DNA from: an uncultured Microbacteriaceae bacterium | Lineage (GTDB): Bacteria > Actinomycetota > Actinomycetes > Actinomycetales > Microbacteriaceae | Direction of reading: 5' to 3' | DNA length: 64,000 bases | Assembly (NCBI GenBank): GCA_937124545.1 | Contig: CAKZKU010000116.1 | Coordinates: 21,336-85,335, forward strand | Shown here: in pieces, positions 62,937-64,000 of the stretch | How positions within the stretch are numbered: position 1 is the stretch's first letter | How the letters are laid out: each line of letters begins with the position of its first letter | Translations under genes and position numbers: made by a program | The notes under the pieces: model-generated | What the model was told of the DNA's origin: nothing | The model's database searches: none | Seen by the model: the letters and a program-made list of their open reading frames with translations, nothing else

Positions 62937-64000
62937 GTGGCGGGAAAAATCAAGCGCAGCGACATTGATGAAGTGCGAACGCGCATCAATATCGCTGATG
63001 TGGTGGGTGACTACGTAACCCTCAAATCCGCCGGTTCCGGGTCTATGAAAGGTTTGTGTCCGTTTCACGACGAACGCAGCCCCAGCTTTCATGTTCGGCC
63101 CCAAGCGGGTTTTTACCATTGCTTTGGTTGCGGAGAAGGGGGAGATGTTTACTCCTTCTTGCAAAAAATGGACCACCTAAGTTTTCAAGAATCCGTCGAG
63201 CGTTTGGCTGGGAAACTCGGCTACACCCTGCACTATGAGGAAGGTGGCACGGCGCCAGACACCAGCAACCGGACACGGTTGTTGGCAGCAAACAGCGCAG
63301 CGGAGACGTTTTTTCGCGAGCAACTTCTGAGCGCAGAAGCCGAAATTGGTCGGGTTTTCCTCGGGGAGCGGGGTTTTGATGCTCTCGCTGCAGAGAAATT
63401 TGGTGTGGGTTACGCACCTAACTCTTTCGATGCTCTGTCTAAGCACCTCACGGCTCAGGGATTCACTATTCCCGAACTTGTGGAAGCGGGGGTGCTCTCG
63501 CAGGGTGACCGCGGATCTTATGACCGTTTCCGAGGGCGCCTGGTGTGGCCAATTAGAGACGTGTCGGGCCAGACCATTGGTTTTGGTGCCCGCAAGCTGC
63601 GAGACGACGACCAGGGGCCAAAATATTTGAACACCCCAGAGACCCCGGTGTATCACAAGTCTCGCGTCCTCTACGGACTTGACCTCGCTAAACGCGATAT
63701 CTCCCGCAACCGCCAAGTGGTGATCGTAGAGGGGTACACCGATGTGATGGCCTGCCACCTCGCGGGAATCACCACGGCCATTGCGACCTGTGGGACCGCG
63801 TTTGGCTCTGACCACATCACCGTGGTTCGCCGAGTGCTGGGCGACACCGATGACCCCTCTCAGGGCTCACGAGGTGAAGTGATTTTCACGTTCGATCCTG
63901 ATGAAGCAGGCCAAAAAGCAGCCTCGCGCGCGTTTGCGGAGGAATCCCGCTTCGCTGCTCAAACGTTTGTTGCCGTGCCACCCGAAGGGCTTGACCCGTG
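62937..64000 (+). CDS. dnaG: DNA primase, 5' part; truncated by window edge
   Basis: Not in the ORF track. Manual translation from GTG 62937: MAGKIKRSDIDEVR...KGLCPFHDERSPSF...YHCFGC, KYLNTPET, VEGYTDV. Confidence 0.96.
   Translation, partial: MAGKIKRSDIDEVRTRINIADVVGDYVTLKSAGSGSMKGLCPFHDERSPSFHVRPQAGFYHCFGCGEGGDVYSFLQKMDHLSFQESVERLAGKLGYTLHYEEGGTAPDTSNRTRLLAANSAAETFFREQLLSAEAEIGRVFLGERGFDALAAEKFGVGYAPNSFDALSKHLTAQGFTIPELVEAGVLSQGDRGSYDRFRGRLVWPIRDVSGQTIGFGARKLRDDDQGPKYLNTPETPVYHKSRVLYGLDLAKRDISRNRQVVIVEGYTDVMACHLAGITTAIATCGTAFGSDHITVVRRVLGDTDDPSQGSRGEVIFTFDPDEAGQKAASRAFAEESRFAAQTFVAVPPEGLDP

Noticed and set aside
62652..63815. Track ORFs near the right end
   Set aside because: Shadow frames of dgt and dnaG, which is open to the window edge

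Overview
Gene-dense core-genome segment (GC roughly 60% by eye) of an actinobacterium. Gene content and protein style suggest a compact-genome member of the Microbacteriaceae; this is an inference, not a database match. Order: valS (partial, -), TetR, Dpp/Opp ABC transporter, T-box-ileS-folC-membrane protein-ndk, VKOR, rne, rplU-rpmA-obgE-proBA-nadD-hypothetical-rsfS, tRNA-Ala(GGC), pdxH, LLM oxidoreductase, rhodanese lipoprotein, KhtTU-like K+/H+ antiporter, TetR, DedA, divergent pabC-like/pabB-like genes, leuS, comEA-comEC-holA, rpsT, lepA, a ribF-MFS-SorC/DeoR-deoC-ALDH-ALDH'-truB block, hemW-hrcA-dnaJ-rsmE-HIT-phoH-ybeY-CNNM-era, Leu leader peptide-leuA, recO-uppS-glyQS-dusB-dgt-dnaG (partial). 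I saw no mobile element, CRISPR array or large repeat. The most interesting signals are small-scale and remain hypotheses: a deoC plus split ALDH16-like pair, a recurrent (T/S)GxIP(V/L) motif in unrelated proteins including a LeuRS insertion, a tRNA-Val anticodon-like hairpin before valS, a symmetric 11-bp bidirectional leaderless promoter, an apparently circularly permuted gene block, a structured rpsT leader and several operator palindromes.
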